The notes below the pieces were generated by a model, which did no database searches, was not told where the DNA came from, and worked only from the letters and a program-made list of their open reading frames with translations. Made by a program: the position numbers and the translations under genes. Below are positions 13,991-27,269 of a stretch of 64,000 nt of DNA, piece after piece (position 1 is the stretch's first letter; the number at the start of each line of letters is the position of its first letter). Origin of the DNA: Octopus vulgaris (Eukaryota); assembly GCA_951406725.2 (NCBI GenBank), contig OX597820.1, forward strand, positions 125,674,001-125,738,000, written 5' to 3'.

Positions 13991-14319
13991 ACCTTTTCTA
14001 CTATATAAAATTTTTAGTCTTTTCTACTATATAAAATATAAATACTTATTGTACATTTTTGAAATCATAGTCATTTAAAAATATTTCTAAATGATTAAAA
14101 TACTGTTTAAGCAAAACGAATATAGAAACATGTTTCTTTGTCAATTCGCTGTATAAATAAAGGTAAGATTTTCTTCGCTTTCAGGATCAAGTTAATTTCG
14201 GAGACTTTTCCCCATTATGCATCGCTTTGGGTATTTATACCCTGAACACCCGTAATATCAATGAATATGATATGACAATATAAGATAATAAACAATTATT
14301 AAAACATTAAAATGCTAAC

Positions 14320-14385
14320 ATTTTGTTTTGACTTATATACATTTTTCATATATAAATAATTCCCTTATATATGTCTCATCAGAGG
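14320..14385 (-). ncRNA. Hammerhead-like motif, different family, decayed
   Basis: CUGAUGA-GACAUAUAUA...UAUAUAAGUC-AAAAC. Stem II pairs 9/10 and GAAA has become AAAA, consistent with CpG decay. Confidence 0.45.
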
Positions 14386-14600
14386 ATGTGTTTAAAGATA
14401 GGCGAGATTCCGTGTGAATGGACTACTGGATTGTCAAAAATTAATTGAAATGCCTATGTATTGAGTTTGAGCATTAGCTTTTCAATTACATACCAATTAC
14501 AATTAAAAAACGACAAAGCATTTTAACGGGCAAAATAATTAAGTGTAATCTACAACTATCGAAATATACTTCTATATATCACAAACATTATTAGTCCAAA

Positions 14601-14995
14601 CTATTCATATTTGTTACGGAATTATCTCTCCGATAAAAAATAATTAAAGAACATTCCTATTAGTTATTGTAAAGAATATTTTTTTTTATATCTTAATAGC
14701 TTTAAATAAATAGAAGAATTATATATTCAACTCGTTTATGTCTAAGAGAATCTTTCTCTATTACAACATATAACCAATAATAAATATCTGTATATAATTA
14801 TCCTGGTCTTGCTTCATCTAGAACTGTAATAAATCGTGAAATAAAATATATAAATGATAATTACATCATTAATATATAACTCTTCTATTTATTTAAAGCT
14901 ATTGGTATAAAAAAAAATATTCTTTACAGTAACTAATAGGAATGTTCTTTAGTTATTGTTTATCGGAGGGATAATTCCGTAATAAATATGAATAG
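14601..14995. repeat. Long inverted repeat (about 125-bp arms, about 143-bp spacer) plus a diverged tandem subunit at 15010-15071
   Basis: 14601-14727 matches the reverse complement of 14871-14995 (ctattcatattt.ttacggaattatc.ctccgataaa.aataa.taaagaacattcctattagtta.tgtaaagaatatttttttt...), roughly 90% by eye. Confidence 0.92.
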
Positions 14996-15760
14996 AAACC
15001 AAATAAAAATATGTTCTTTGTTTACTTAATTTATCGTAGGGAGAATTCTGTAATATATATGAAGATAAACCTATGGCTGTAAACACTATAACCTAAATAC
15101 CCCATAGATACAGAGTTGGGCTATAATAATGTATATCAACATATTACTAGTTTTTTAGAAGTAACTATATTTGGGGTTGCTTAAATAAAGATTATTATCT
15201 GTATATTGTAGAAAGGAGGGCTCTGTAAATAAGTAAAAATTAAGTAATTCAAAAAAAGTATTAAGGATTGTTCAGGTTAAAAGAATTAATATTATTATTT
15301 TAAAATTCAATAACTATAAATAGTATATATACAATTTTTATTAATTCTTTCACAATTAACAAAATATTATTATTGTAATAAGAATACAAGTTATACATAG
15401 TATAATAAATATTTTGGCTATTAAATTTATTTATTAATTTAAATAACGCTGCTTATCTATTATTATTATTATAATTATCATCAATTAATTAATAACTAAA
15501 ATTAATGCATTTATACATATATTCATTTAGTATAAGGAAGACATCTTATTTGTGATATATAATTAATATTAATACTAATATAATGATGTATATTACGGTA
15601 ACTACGAGAATATCATTGAAAGGAGCCAAGTTCTGAATTAATCCACTAACAATCAATTTTCCAAATTAAATATTATAATATAGTTTAAGATTACAAATCT
15701 TAATACATACATATGCATACACACACCTACACACACACACACATACACATATACACATAC

Positions 15761-15795
<35 letters not shown>

Positions 15796-15805
15796 CATAT
15801 ACACA

Positions 15806-15886
<81 letters not shown>

Positions 15887-15889
15887 ATG

Positions 15890-16232
15890 ATGAGGGACAG
15901 GCACTGCTTGAGAGAACTCGTCCATGTATCTCGGGGATTTTACACCCCCTGCCTATATATCCGATGGGCTTCTTTAATTTAAAAATCAGAGTAAATTCCG
16001 CTTGAACTCTCCAGCCACGTCGATGTGGCTGCGACCACTACTTGCATGTGCGATAATCTCCTAGAGAGATTTTACAACTAGCTTTTTAGTGCCTGTTGCA
16101 AAATCAGCGACTATATGTCGCTTGAATGTATATATGTTGCAAATGGAGGCGAGCTACTGCCATCTCTCACAATCGAGGTGTCCATTATTGAAGAGACGCA
16201 GATATAGTCCCAAACGAGACTGGTCCCGTCGC
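15890..16232. repeat. Unclassified GC-richer insert between two (TA)n tracts
   Basis: Abrupt composition change bounded by (TA)n on both sides, with weak terminal complementarity gggac.ag / ct.gtccc. Confidence 0.35.
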
Positions 16233-16267
<35 letters not shown>

Positions 16268-16353
16268 AACAGCGGTGCATCAGCATGACCACAGCTCTGG
16301 GCTGAAAATAGAAAATATATATATATGTATGTATGTATATTGTTATGTATATC

Positions 16354-16388
<35 letters not shown>

Positions 16389-16469
16389 TGGTGAAATAGA
16401 AAGATGAATAATCTTGTTGCAGATTAATCAATCTTCAATCTTCGTTCAACTCCATTTCTTCAATTCACT

Positions 16470-16509
<40 letters not shown>

Positions 16510-16513
<4 letters not shown>

Positions 16514-16710
16514 AATTTTTAGTAAACAAACAATACAAATAAAATAACGAACAAACAACCGTGAGGACGTATATAAGAAATGTATCAGTTTGACGCTCGA
16601 TGAAATTAGAGAGTTTGGCGTTTCGAACCTAGCTCATAGTCGGAAAGGAGAAAGAGAAGTGTCCAAAGATGGAGAAGAAATTCCGAACGTTACGCGTGTA
16701 GTTACCGTAA
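16510..16710 (-). mobile_element. PLE pLTR fragment with decayed hammerhead-like motif (16613-16647)
   Basis: Similar to 8290-8490. Minus strand reads CUUU-CCGACUA-U-GAGC-uag-GUUC-GAAACGCC-AAAC. Confidence 0.6.
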
Positions 16711-16817
16711 GACATATCAATCTATCTACCTATTCATCTTTTTATCTATCTACCTATCTCTTACACTCTATCTCTCTATCTCTCATGCATACATACATAC
16801 ATACATACATACATACA

Positions 16818-16848
<31 letters not shown>

Positions 16849-17929
16849 GAGGAGTGAACATACACAGTGAAACAGTACTACTAACAAAGCTATAGACGTT
16901 AAGACATCATTTATATAATGTGCCAATGCGGGTTTTATTAGTATGTAATCTTTGTTTTGTTCCTCTATGCAGAAATGTACTCCTAAATCGTTTTGTAACA
17001 TGAAGTCATGTTTAATTTACAATGTGAAAACTTCGAAAAATACGACACTAATGCAAACAAAAGAAAAGATACACATAAAACATAATACAAGACGCAAATC
17101 AACATTAAAATAACACAGAATCTCTAGTTGCAGTTTCCTTTTACACATATATTTACATCCAATTTTCCTGCCTTGTATGTAAACAAACATAGTAAAACAT
17201 ATGAAAGCAGAAAAATATATTGTATTGATCTGTATCTTAAACGAAACAAATAATCAATTGAAATGGAATGTTCTACATAGAAAATTTGATTTTGAAATAT
17301 ATTGCTTGATTTAACAGTAAACACAGACCGTTGCTGTTCGTTGTCTGGGAATAAATATAACCTTGAATTAACAACAAAATCAATGTACAAACAAGGAAAC
17401 ATCTTCGTGATCGATCGATTAGCTTAGAATAGGTACCACATCTTTGTCTCAACACTTCAATACTTTTGAATGTACCTAGACTTTATAATTGAATAAAGAC
17501 GAGCTATTTATATTTACCGAGCATTTGATTATAGTCCTATTTGATCAGGGTTGATTTACTTGGAGATCCAACAACATTGACGTAATTAGAGACAAAAGAA
17601 TATTAGGAGAGTATACAGTCATCTGTTACACTCGAATATAATTAATAATAATATGGATTTTCAACATGGATACACAGCTACACTATTTAAAGTAGAAGTA
17701 TAGTGTATGAAATCAACATCAGTAGCTAAAAGGGTTTTATTGCTTCAAAGCTTGGAGATGTATTACCAGGTCACTACTCAATTGTATATTTGCTAAGCCT
17801 TTTTAGTTGATATTTTTTACCATATTACATAATGTATGAATTTCGCGAATACTACATAACTGAGTGTACATGAATTAATGTCATATTAAAGGCATTCAAT
17901 AATATAATTGAAGTAGCATCTGCTAACAC

Positions 17930-19200
17930 ATTCTCTATTTTTATCATAGATCCGAAATTTTCTTCTAACCCAAAATACCACCTGATCAATCAGAACAAAT
18001 CAGAGATTCGTCAGGCGAGCAAACATATAATGAGAAAGATCAAGGACGACATAGTGAGGGCCTCTAGCATATCCCTATGGCACAACACCAAAGAGATGAC
18101 CTCAAGGTTTAACGCCAGTCGGGAGGACGTGCAGAGGAAATGTCACCCATTTTGATGCAATCGACTTTTACCTGTCTATACCAAAAGGGTTCTTGATCAA
18201 GGTGCTTTCCTTCCCTAAGGGTTTCACAGACATTAACAATAAGTACATCGACGTTATCATTCACGTCACGAGAACGGTGCTGTTGAATAAAGATTCGACG
18301 TGTGTCAAGTAACCCGAAGGTTCCTTCGATGTGGCGATAGGAGCATAAGACAGCGCCAACATATGTGATCTCAATGAACTATACACCTGAACACCTTAGG
18401 GAAGAGATTCCCTTCAGTCCTCTTCAGTCACTACAGATATGACCGTTTGGCCATCTCTAGAGGAGCCAACAAGCACACATTTGATAGTTTTAGAAAGGAC
18501 CTGACTAGCGCCCTAGGCTCCATGGAATTCAAAATTACTGTCGAGATTAACTTCACCACCACTGGCGTCCTAGATGTCACTCTAGACTTGGACTCCGCTA
18601 CACACAGGCCATACCGTAAGCCAAACGAGAGGCTGTGCTATATCAACAGAGAATCCCGCTACCACCACTCCCTATTGTGTTCAGAAACCTAGTGAAGGGC
18701 GTCAGCAAGAGGATCTCAAATATATCCTCAAGAATAACTATTACCAACGACGGCTACCAGATAACCATCGGTCCCAGCGGCGCCAACGCCACGGCCAGCG
18801 ATGACCACGACAACGACAACAGTCGCAGCAATATCGCAAGACCATGCCTCGTAATGATAATTTCTCTGATGGTAGCCCCGGCAACACTAGCAGCAACAAC
18901 ATCTCCAAGCCCGGAGCCATCCCAAAATGTGTCAGAAATGTAAACACAACGAACAATCAAGCCTGTAAATATTTCAGGTTAGCTAGGACGGCCTTGAAGC
19001 GGTGTCTTCGGGATTCCGAAAAGGCGATTTCTCACATCCCTGGCCATCCACATGGGACGCCTCAAGGATAAAGCAACCTCATACCATATCAAGTGGAGGA
19101 TGATAGAGCGGCCGGGCTCTTTCATTAACGGGAGCGAACACTGCAATCTTTGCATAGCTGAGCGAGTTTGGCTCCTTAAAGACTCCCTGAAACCAAGGAG
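17930..19200 (+). mobile_element. Penelope-like retroelement, decayed RT plus GIY-YIG endonuclease C-terminus
   Basis: SSNPKYHLINQNKSEIRQASKHI, FDVAIGA*DSANICDL, YRYDRLAISRG, GVLDVTLDLDSATHRPYRKPNERLCYINRES, and YHIKWRMIERPGSFINGSEHCNLCIAERVWLL. Confidence 0.92.
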
Positions 19201-20120
19201 TTGCTTTTTCTTATGTAACACTGTTTTTTTCAATGTTGATTCAGATTTAAACTTTGAATAGAAAGACTGTTTTATTTTTCGTAGTTGATCCTTTTCATCT
19301 TGTAATTTGTAACGGAGGAATATCATAAATAGTTGAATAATGTAAATGTTGATTAATATCAGTTTAAATTCGGATTTAGAATTATTTACCAAGTGGATTT
19401 TTTCTTTTTTCTTCTTTTTCTTCTTTTCCTTTCGTAATGGATGGTTTCCATCTTATATTTTGTAAAAGGGGAATATTCTAAATTTTCCATGTTCACTAAT
19501 GTCTTGTCTAGTTGTTTACCACATGGAACACATCTGAGAGATGAATCTTTAATTTGTTCTTTATGTAAATTATTAATAATTAAATAAGATCAGCGATCTT
19601 TATTTCAAGGGGAAACATACATGTTTTTCTTATAACAGTTATTTGTGAAAACACCTCTATGGGATACATTCCTCATATCAAGCCATTACATTGTAGCCAT
19701 CTCGGAACAATTTGGAATATAATAATGACAATAACCAATAAAGACTTAGAGCTTCAAACCAATAAGCAGACATTTCTCTGCTGGGTGATGGACCTCAGAT
19801 CGCAATCGTCAGTTCAATTCATCAAAAACTTTAGACCACTCGATGAAATTCATCGACTCATGTTATAACAAATAACATCAATAATATGACGCAAAATTTC
19901 GCATGACGAAAGCATGTACATTATCCATTCGCCGAGTATGATCACAATATCGCGAGACTCGAGCTGTTAAAAGGTTACAGTCTGCGTAAAGTTTAGGAAC
20001 ACAAACACGAAAATTCTAAATTTTATTTCACAATTTCCTATACAGCTTCGTAACTGAGCAGCAACCAATCATAATACATATCATACTATAACAGAAAGAA
20101 GCGAACACAAGCATTGAGAG

Positions 20121-20159
<39 letters not shown>

Positions 20160-20335
20160 CTCACAGACACACACAAATACATATATATGTATACATATAT
20201 ACATATATATATATATATTTATATATATATACATACACACATACATACATACATACATACATACATACATACATACATACATACATACATACATACATAC
20301 ATACATACATACATAAATACATACATACATGCACA
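20121..20335. repeat. Compound (CA)n/(TA)n/(TACA)n microsatellite
   Basis: Direct reading. It is one of dozens of such tracts in the window. Confidence 0.95.
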
Positions 20336-21969
20336 AACTAGAATAATTGCAAGACTGAAAACACAGATTTCGTTCCGATGTAATAAGACAATTCACTATG
20401 CTGACCAAATTCTATATACGTATGAGCACATATATTCATATATATTTGGGTATGTATATATCATATAAACTTGATTGTATGTGTGGGAGAGAGAGATAGA
20501 GAGAGTGGATAAACGTACATAAATACATTCATAAACTCATACTGTATCTTCAAAATAATTTTACATTCAATCATACTTGTAACTGAAAGGTATACAGGAA
20601 AGTTTCATGAGATTTTCACGGAATGTATAATTAGCAAGCGTATAGCCAAAAACCTATTTCCATAAGTCATCAATTACCTTCACCCTACTCAGTATTTAGA
20701 TGCCTTGAACCATTAAATGAGAAATCGAAGCCAATATTATTCCTGCTCCAAGAAAACTGTTAACTTTTAGCTTGTACATGGTGGTTAATTTTGTTAGAAC
20801 AATAAGATAAATGTTATAAGGACACATTCTATATGCATAAAAATAAATGGAAACATTAGCAAATGGAGGACTTAATACACTACACCTGAAAATAAATACG
20901 AAAATACCCATATTTTAATCTGTTACCTTAGGCGTACTGATTTCTGATATGACACCCGTTAATTAAACAAAAGTTTCACGTATAACTCCATGAATGGACG
21001 GCAGCGAGAATCTTACCCTGTTAATAGATATATAGTAACTGTATCTTTCGCAAAAAAATATACGTAGCAAACTTAAAACAAGAAAAAAAAATCAACGCAA
21101 TATGTAGCAATACATATTTTGTCTGCAAAGAAAGTAGTGAACATTCAGCAATTTGTCATGAAAAATATAAGTGTGTTTTTTTGTATTGCCAAAGATCAAT
21201 GTTAAAAGCTTCCATGAATACAACAAATAAATCTTCTAACAAATACACGTTTAGAGTAGTATAGAATATCTCAAGTATGGATTAAGATCATACTAATTGA
21301 ATACGTAAAATTATCGGGCTCTCCAATATCTATTAATGTGGAATTATCTAGGATCCACTGCAAAATTCTTTACTTTTTCTTTAGCATCTTCAAATAGCTC
21401 AGTTATTTTCAGCTTCGATACTCGATGGTAAAATATTTTACCTATATTTCGCGTTTGCTATGTCGTAAAACAAAATATTTTCAACTGAAGGTTAATCGAA
21501 AACTCACTTGTCAATGTATAGTGGTAAGTGTGATAAGTTTACAAATTTAGTTGAAATATAATTATTAGTATCAATAGAATAGCCAGGGAAACTAGATTAT
21601 AGAATTTTGTATCCTGCTGTCAATTCTGGAATGATTTCGCAGCTTGATACGGTTATACTGTGTGAGGAAAGCTTTTCAATATAGCCGTTAGTAAAGATCA
21701 CGCATCTTTATTTACATTGCATATTGATGTGAAGAATCGGTTAATACCAGTATATGTAACTCATTGACTGTAAACATATTGACAAACTTTATGCATCTGT
21801 ATTCAGATTAGTACTTGTTTAGTTCTATATTGCAGATAAATTCATACGAACATCATATTCTGTGTCAAAATATACATAAGATGATAAAAGATGTATGTGA
21901 GATACTGAAGTGAATCTTACTGTCAAGTGCATTCAGCGTGAATGTCAGTCAAGCCAATAAATCATATTA

Positions 21970-22055
<86 letters not shown>

Positions 22056-24448
22056 AAAGCATATTTCCAGCTCATTTTGACAGATGTACATTGGCGAAGG
22101 CACACTGAACAGCATAGTGCTCTAAGGAGATATTAGAATGTGAAATTCAAGTGAATGGCAACGATATTATGATAAGTATACTTCAAATTTAACAATAATA
22201 ACAATAAGATCATTAGACAGCTTATGAATGAGAGCAACACCGGTAGGAATAGAAAATTGTCCGTGTCATATGAGGATCAGCATAATCTTGTTTCTATTAT
22301 ACAAACATGTGAATACATTGAGAACGTTCACAAATAGATGGACAGTCCGATGATTTCATTTTCTCTTCTGTGAATAGAAACGTGTTTGCTCAAAGAATAA
22401 TGAAAGCAAGTGTCAAAATGTCTTGAGAGAAAATACGTTCGGGAAATCAATCAATATTTATTAATATTTATTTCTTGCAAAGATGAAGTTGTATATTATA
22501 ACAATGTTATTCCGTGCGCTTTATGAAGACATTCTATTGACTGCAGAAGCCGATCTAGGATGTTTTTAAATAATCGTATAAACTTTGCTTTAATCAAAGT
22601 GAAAAAAGAATTTTCATAGAAAGACAAGGTAAGTACCTTTATATTGCATAGCAAAATTTTATAAAAACTATTATTGAAATTCTCGCAAATGATACTAATA
22701 ATAAATGTAATAATTCTTAGTAATAAATCTTACTCTAGTCTGCATAAATATATCTATATAATATAAGTTGAAGAACTGCTACTTAACCTAAACAATAACG
22801 AGTTAATTTCATGGGGGTGGAAAGAGACCTTGTTTCACTAAACCAAGTTTTGCTGTTTGCTACTCAAATGTTGTATCTAAAAGTACATTAAATCTCGGAT
22901 AATATGTAATATACTACACAAATGAAAGCACACTTCCGTAATTAGTAGGATGTTTGGGAGACTTAATAGCAGAAGATTTGGTGGCATTCAATGCTTTTTG
23001 AAAAACATTGAGTACGGTTAATTGAAATTACTCCACATTGCAATAAACCTTCTTTCACTTAACGGTTGTTCACATATATGCCTCATACAGTTGTGCACAT
23101 TTACCAGCTTTAATAAAAATAACAGCAACAAGGCCGTTACACAGACAACGAGTAGATTAGGCGATTCTGTTGAAACTTGTCTCCGAACCTTATAGAATTC
23201 GAATAAATTTTCATGACAATACTGCAAATAAACGTATCTATATGCATTTGATTATACTCCCAAGGAAAACCTGTATATACATAACACACAAGCACACACA
23301 TTAACTAACACACACACCAACGCGCTCACGCACACATGCACACACACACACGTATACATACAAAAACTCACATACATATATGATAATCCTATTTCAGATA
23401 TGACGTAACACGTGCTAAACTATTGATTGTTTATCTTTTCTCAATGATTGCGTGATAAAGGGCGCTTTGGATAATAAACTTTCTGGATATACTACATATA
23501 TCTATACTATAATGGAGAAAGCTGCTCATTAATTAGGTACGTAACAGTTGCTAAAAGTAAGCAATTATTAAAGGCTTGACCCTCTGGAATTTTGTTTTAA
23601 TTCATGTTCCAAGAAATTTCCTATAATTTTGATTTCTGAACTTTATTGCCTAAATGTATAAAAATATAATAAACATACATGGGTTGAAAATCTATACTGA
23701 TGTATAAAAACATATTAGCATCTTGAAAGGTATATATTGACAGATTAAGAGCGTTATCCTCGCGAAAAGGTGGATAAGGAAATGTAAATGTAGTTCTCCA
23801 ATTTCAAGAATTAAGTGCTGATACTCCTGGCGTTAGCATATTTAATTAGGTTATTTAAAGAGAAAGCCATAGTATTAGATTATGACTTAATTCTCGTCAA
23901 GAGATTGCCAATTTTAATTTTGAGTTTTGCATCAGAGATATAAAATATTTTATCTTTGAAGCCACTTGATTTTAAAGCTTGCTTATAATATGGAGCATGA
24001 GTGTTGAAAATCTCCTCATTAGCAGATAATTTTGAAATTCTAGCAGAAATGGCCGTCACCATGCTTTTGAAGGTTGCTCTAGGAAGATTAGAGAGAGTTT
24101 TTCAGTACTGAAGGTTTTTGGTCGGGATTTCTATATGGATAGAGAAGATTAGTATTAAGGTTAAGTTTGACATCCAAGAAGCTGGCTACTTTATTTCAAA
24201 TGCAATATTTAAATTATAATTTTCAGAGAATTGTATTAAAAAGTTCCTAATGCATTCAATCTCTGGACGGGATAAATTTTTTAGTTGCAAAAAGTGCATC
24301 GTTTTTATAGAGACCACGGGAGATGTTGAGAAAATATCGCTATATTTGCAAGAGGAGAAATAAACCCAAAAGGTCTGCTATTTGGGCTGCGTCAGATGAG
24401 CCCATTGATATATAGAAAGAGTTTCAGATTGTGTTTCGCGTGCAGTTA

Positions 24449-25738
24449 CGAGGGGCATTCAATAAGTAATGCCCCTGACCCACTTCCCATATCAGTAGAG
24501 CAACGAAACTTGGCACAGTTATTAGTCTTTTTCTACATAGGAACCACTCAGAGTTACGCATTTCTCCCATTGTTTGATGCAGCTCTGGAGACCGTTTTTA
24601 TAGAAGACCCCAGCTTGGTCCTCCAACCTGAACGTGACTTCAGAAATCAAGGCTGCATCATCTGGGAAACGCTTTCCTTTCAAAAACAACTTAATGACTG
24701 GGAAGAGGTGAAAATCAGAGGGTGCAAGGTCAGGAAAGTAGGGGGATGGGGGAGGAGTTCATAGCCATACGCCTGTGCTTCTGATCTGTCGACAAGCGAG
24801 TTGTGGACCGGAGCGTTGTTCTGCAGGAGGAGGATGCCTTTGCTGATCTTGCCCCGCCTCTTGATTTTGATAACTTCTCTTAATTTCCTCAAAAGTTAAG
24901 CATAATAGGCTCCTACAATTGTGTTACCCTTTGCCAGGAGATTTGTCATCACTACTCCGTCCTGGTCCCAGAAGACTGTGAGCATGACTTTGCCAGCAGA
25001 GGGCTGCACCCTTGCCTTCTTTGGAGGGGGTGAGTCACGGTGCTTCCACTGCATTGACTGGGCTTTGGTCTCTGGATCATCGTGATGGACCCAGATTTCA
25101 TCCTGTGTAATCAGTCTTTTGAAAAATTTTGACTCATCTTCTTGGCACATCTCCAAATTCACCCTCGAGCACTCGACGCGTTCTTGCTTCTGGAAAGGCG
25201 TGGGCAACCTGGGAATCCATCTGGCAGACACCTTTTGCATATGCAAATGGTCATGAATGATATTTTCCACAGATCCGGTACTAATCTTGACCTCATGGGC
25301 TATTTGGCGAATAATTATGCGTCGATCTTCCAAAATGGCAGCCTCAACTTGATGGACAGATGCCTCATCAATGGCAGAAGGGGCGACCAGATCTGGGAGC
25401 TGTTTCCACAGAGTTCCGACCATGTTTGAATTCACGATCCCAGCGTTTCACAAGGTCATATGATGGGGCATCATCACCATAAGTTACTTTCATTTCATCA
25501 AAAGTCTCCCGTGGTGTGCGTCCTTTCAAATACAAAAACCGGATCACTGCTCGACACTCAACAGGCTCCATTTCACACTTGACTCGGTTCAAACACCTGT
25601 AAATCAAAAACCACAATTGGTTCAGATCTGTAATTTGCCACTTAATATATAGAGATAAAACTAATTTCACATGCAAAATTTCAGCTAGATCAAACAACTG
25701 CAAGTGGGTCAGAGGCATTACTTATTGAACGTCCCTCG
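24449..25738 (-). mobile_element. Full-length mariner transposon (1290 bp), irritans-like
   Basis: 37-bp TIRs (cgaggggcattcaataagtaatgcccctgacccactt versus cgagggacgttcaataagtaatgcctctgacccactt, 3 mismatches) and TA duplications at 24447-24448 and 25739-25740. Confidence 0.97.
24522..25571 (-). pseudogene. Mariner transposase, frameshifted
   Basis: MEPVECRAVIRFLYLKG..., KVSARWIPRL, LITQDEIWVHH, GKVMLTVFWD, LLQNNAPVH, PDLAPSDFHLF, ending YVEKD*. It is split over several frames. Confidence 0.95.
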
Positions 25739-26411
25739 TATCATTAAAGTTCTAGAGTTTTTCTAGCTACCAAAATTACGTCTATATCAGATGCAGAAAT
25801 GCTTGTATAATTGCGGGAAAAGGTTCATGCTTCACCCAATAGGATCGATTCTATTGATATATAGTAATCGGATATACCAAACTGTATGAAATTAATATGA
25901 TGTTTGTCGTTGAGGGAGGGAAACCATGTGATTACGTCACCAGTAGAATTCCAAAGGGGGAACGCAACATTATCCTTGATTCGGGTTATATTTTATCTTA
26001 ATTGTTTTACTAAATTTACCTAAATCGGATTTAGTGCGAGAGATTAACCGGATAGAGGGTTTAGATTGGAAATTGGGGTCAAGATCCTTCATAGTAAAAT
26101 GAGGGGTTCTTGATGCATATGATTTCAATAGGTCTAAATCCGCTATAAGTTTTTAATGTGACTTATTAATATCCTTCAATGCGTTTGCATGTGCATGTGT
26201 AATTAGTATTACGCTCCTTTACTAATAAACGCTGTCTATACAAATATATAACTATATATATATATATATATATATATGTTTAATGTATATATGTATATAT
26301 GTATGTATATATATATATATATATAAACATATATATATATATGAATATATTTATATATATGTATATATACACACATTTATTCATATATATGTATATATAT
26401 ATATATATATA

Positions 26412-26576
26412 TACAATTGCAGTGTGGAAGGTGCTTATAAGCCATTTAAGAAACACACAAAAACCGTTAGATTCACTTCAATATTTAAATTTTATTTGTC
26501 AAAATATTTTCGATCGCTTTAAGACCGCAACCTGTTCGCTGACAAAACTTCGTGCTGCATCACGAACTTTTGTCAG
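26412..26576 (-). mobile_element. Interspersed repeat (PLE pLTR-like) with non-canonical hammerhead-topology motif and terminal hairpin
   Basis: Closely similar to 49388-49535, with a 16-bp hairpin at 26539-26576. Confidence 0.6.
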
Positions 26577-27269
26577 TCATAGATATGTACGTCTATGTGT
26601 GGGGGGTGTATACGCTATGTGGCTAAAGATATATGCATCTCAGTAAAAGTACATATTTCAAAATTCCACTTTGTATGGAACCCAAAATACAAACCATTAA
26701 TCTCGTAAATTTAATGCAAAATCATGGATTCTTATCTATGAATATGTAGTATAGATTTAAAAAAAAGAAATCATTGTATAATAACGCTAAATGAAATACG
26801 TTGTTTCCTCTTTCGTTTTGAAAGCAATTTTTTCCCAGACCGCATATTCCTATATTCCCATCAACCAATCGATGTAGATGTTCAAAATAAAAGTAATAAT
26901 GATGAATAAAAATCGTATGTCTCATGGTGACTATTACTAAAATCTTCGAAATTTTTTCCAATTATTTTGTGTACTGAATATAAGAGACATTCTTATTTCT
27001 TGTAAATGGTGTTAAAGCATTGTGGAAAATATTTCAATTATTTTTTAAAATTATTTATGTATAAAGTAAGTAATTTCGATTCCGATACCTCACAGAGGAT
27101 CTGCTATGCTATCAAATGATTTGTTAGATATTGCATGCATTAGATTTGCATACGTTTTCCTAACGCAAAAATACTTTCAGTTCGAGCAAATAAAATGTGA
27201 TGAAACGTTGGGTTGCAAAATGCTCATTTGTTTTGAAATTTTATCATGAAAATGGGTTCTTTGTATTAT

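Larger units (their letters stand above)
23880..26170 (-). mobile_element. Penelope-like retroelement RT relic, split by a mariner insertion
   Basis: Right of the mariner: PHFTMKDLDPNFQSKPSIRLI and ISASDIDVILVARKTL. Left of it the frame continues SMGSSDAAQIADLLGLFLL, GLYKNDAL, SFLDVKLNL and RISKLSANEEIFNTHAPYYKQALKSSGF. Confidence 0.9.

Noticed and set aside
13990-15700. Possible mitochondrial insertion (very AT-rich)
   Set aside because: No recognisable rRNA, tRNA or mitochondrial protein motif. Inverted repeats and hammerhead-like motifs explain the region better.
22540-22634. Strong splice donor AAG|gtaagt, and an open 64-nt AG..GT segment near 35633-35696
   Set aside because: These are isolated signals with no identifiable product, and the first has upstream stops.
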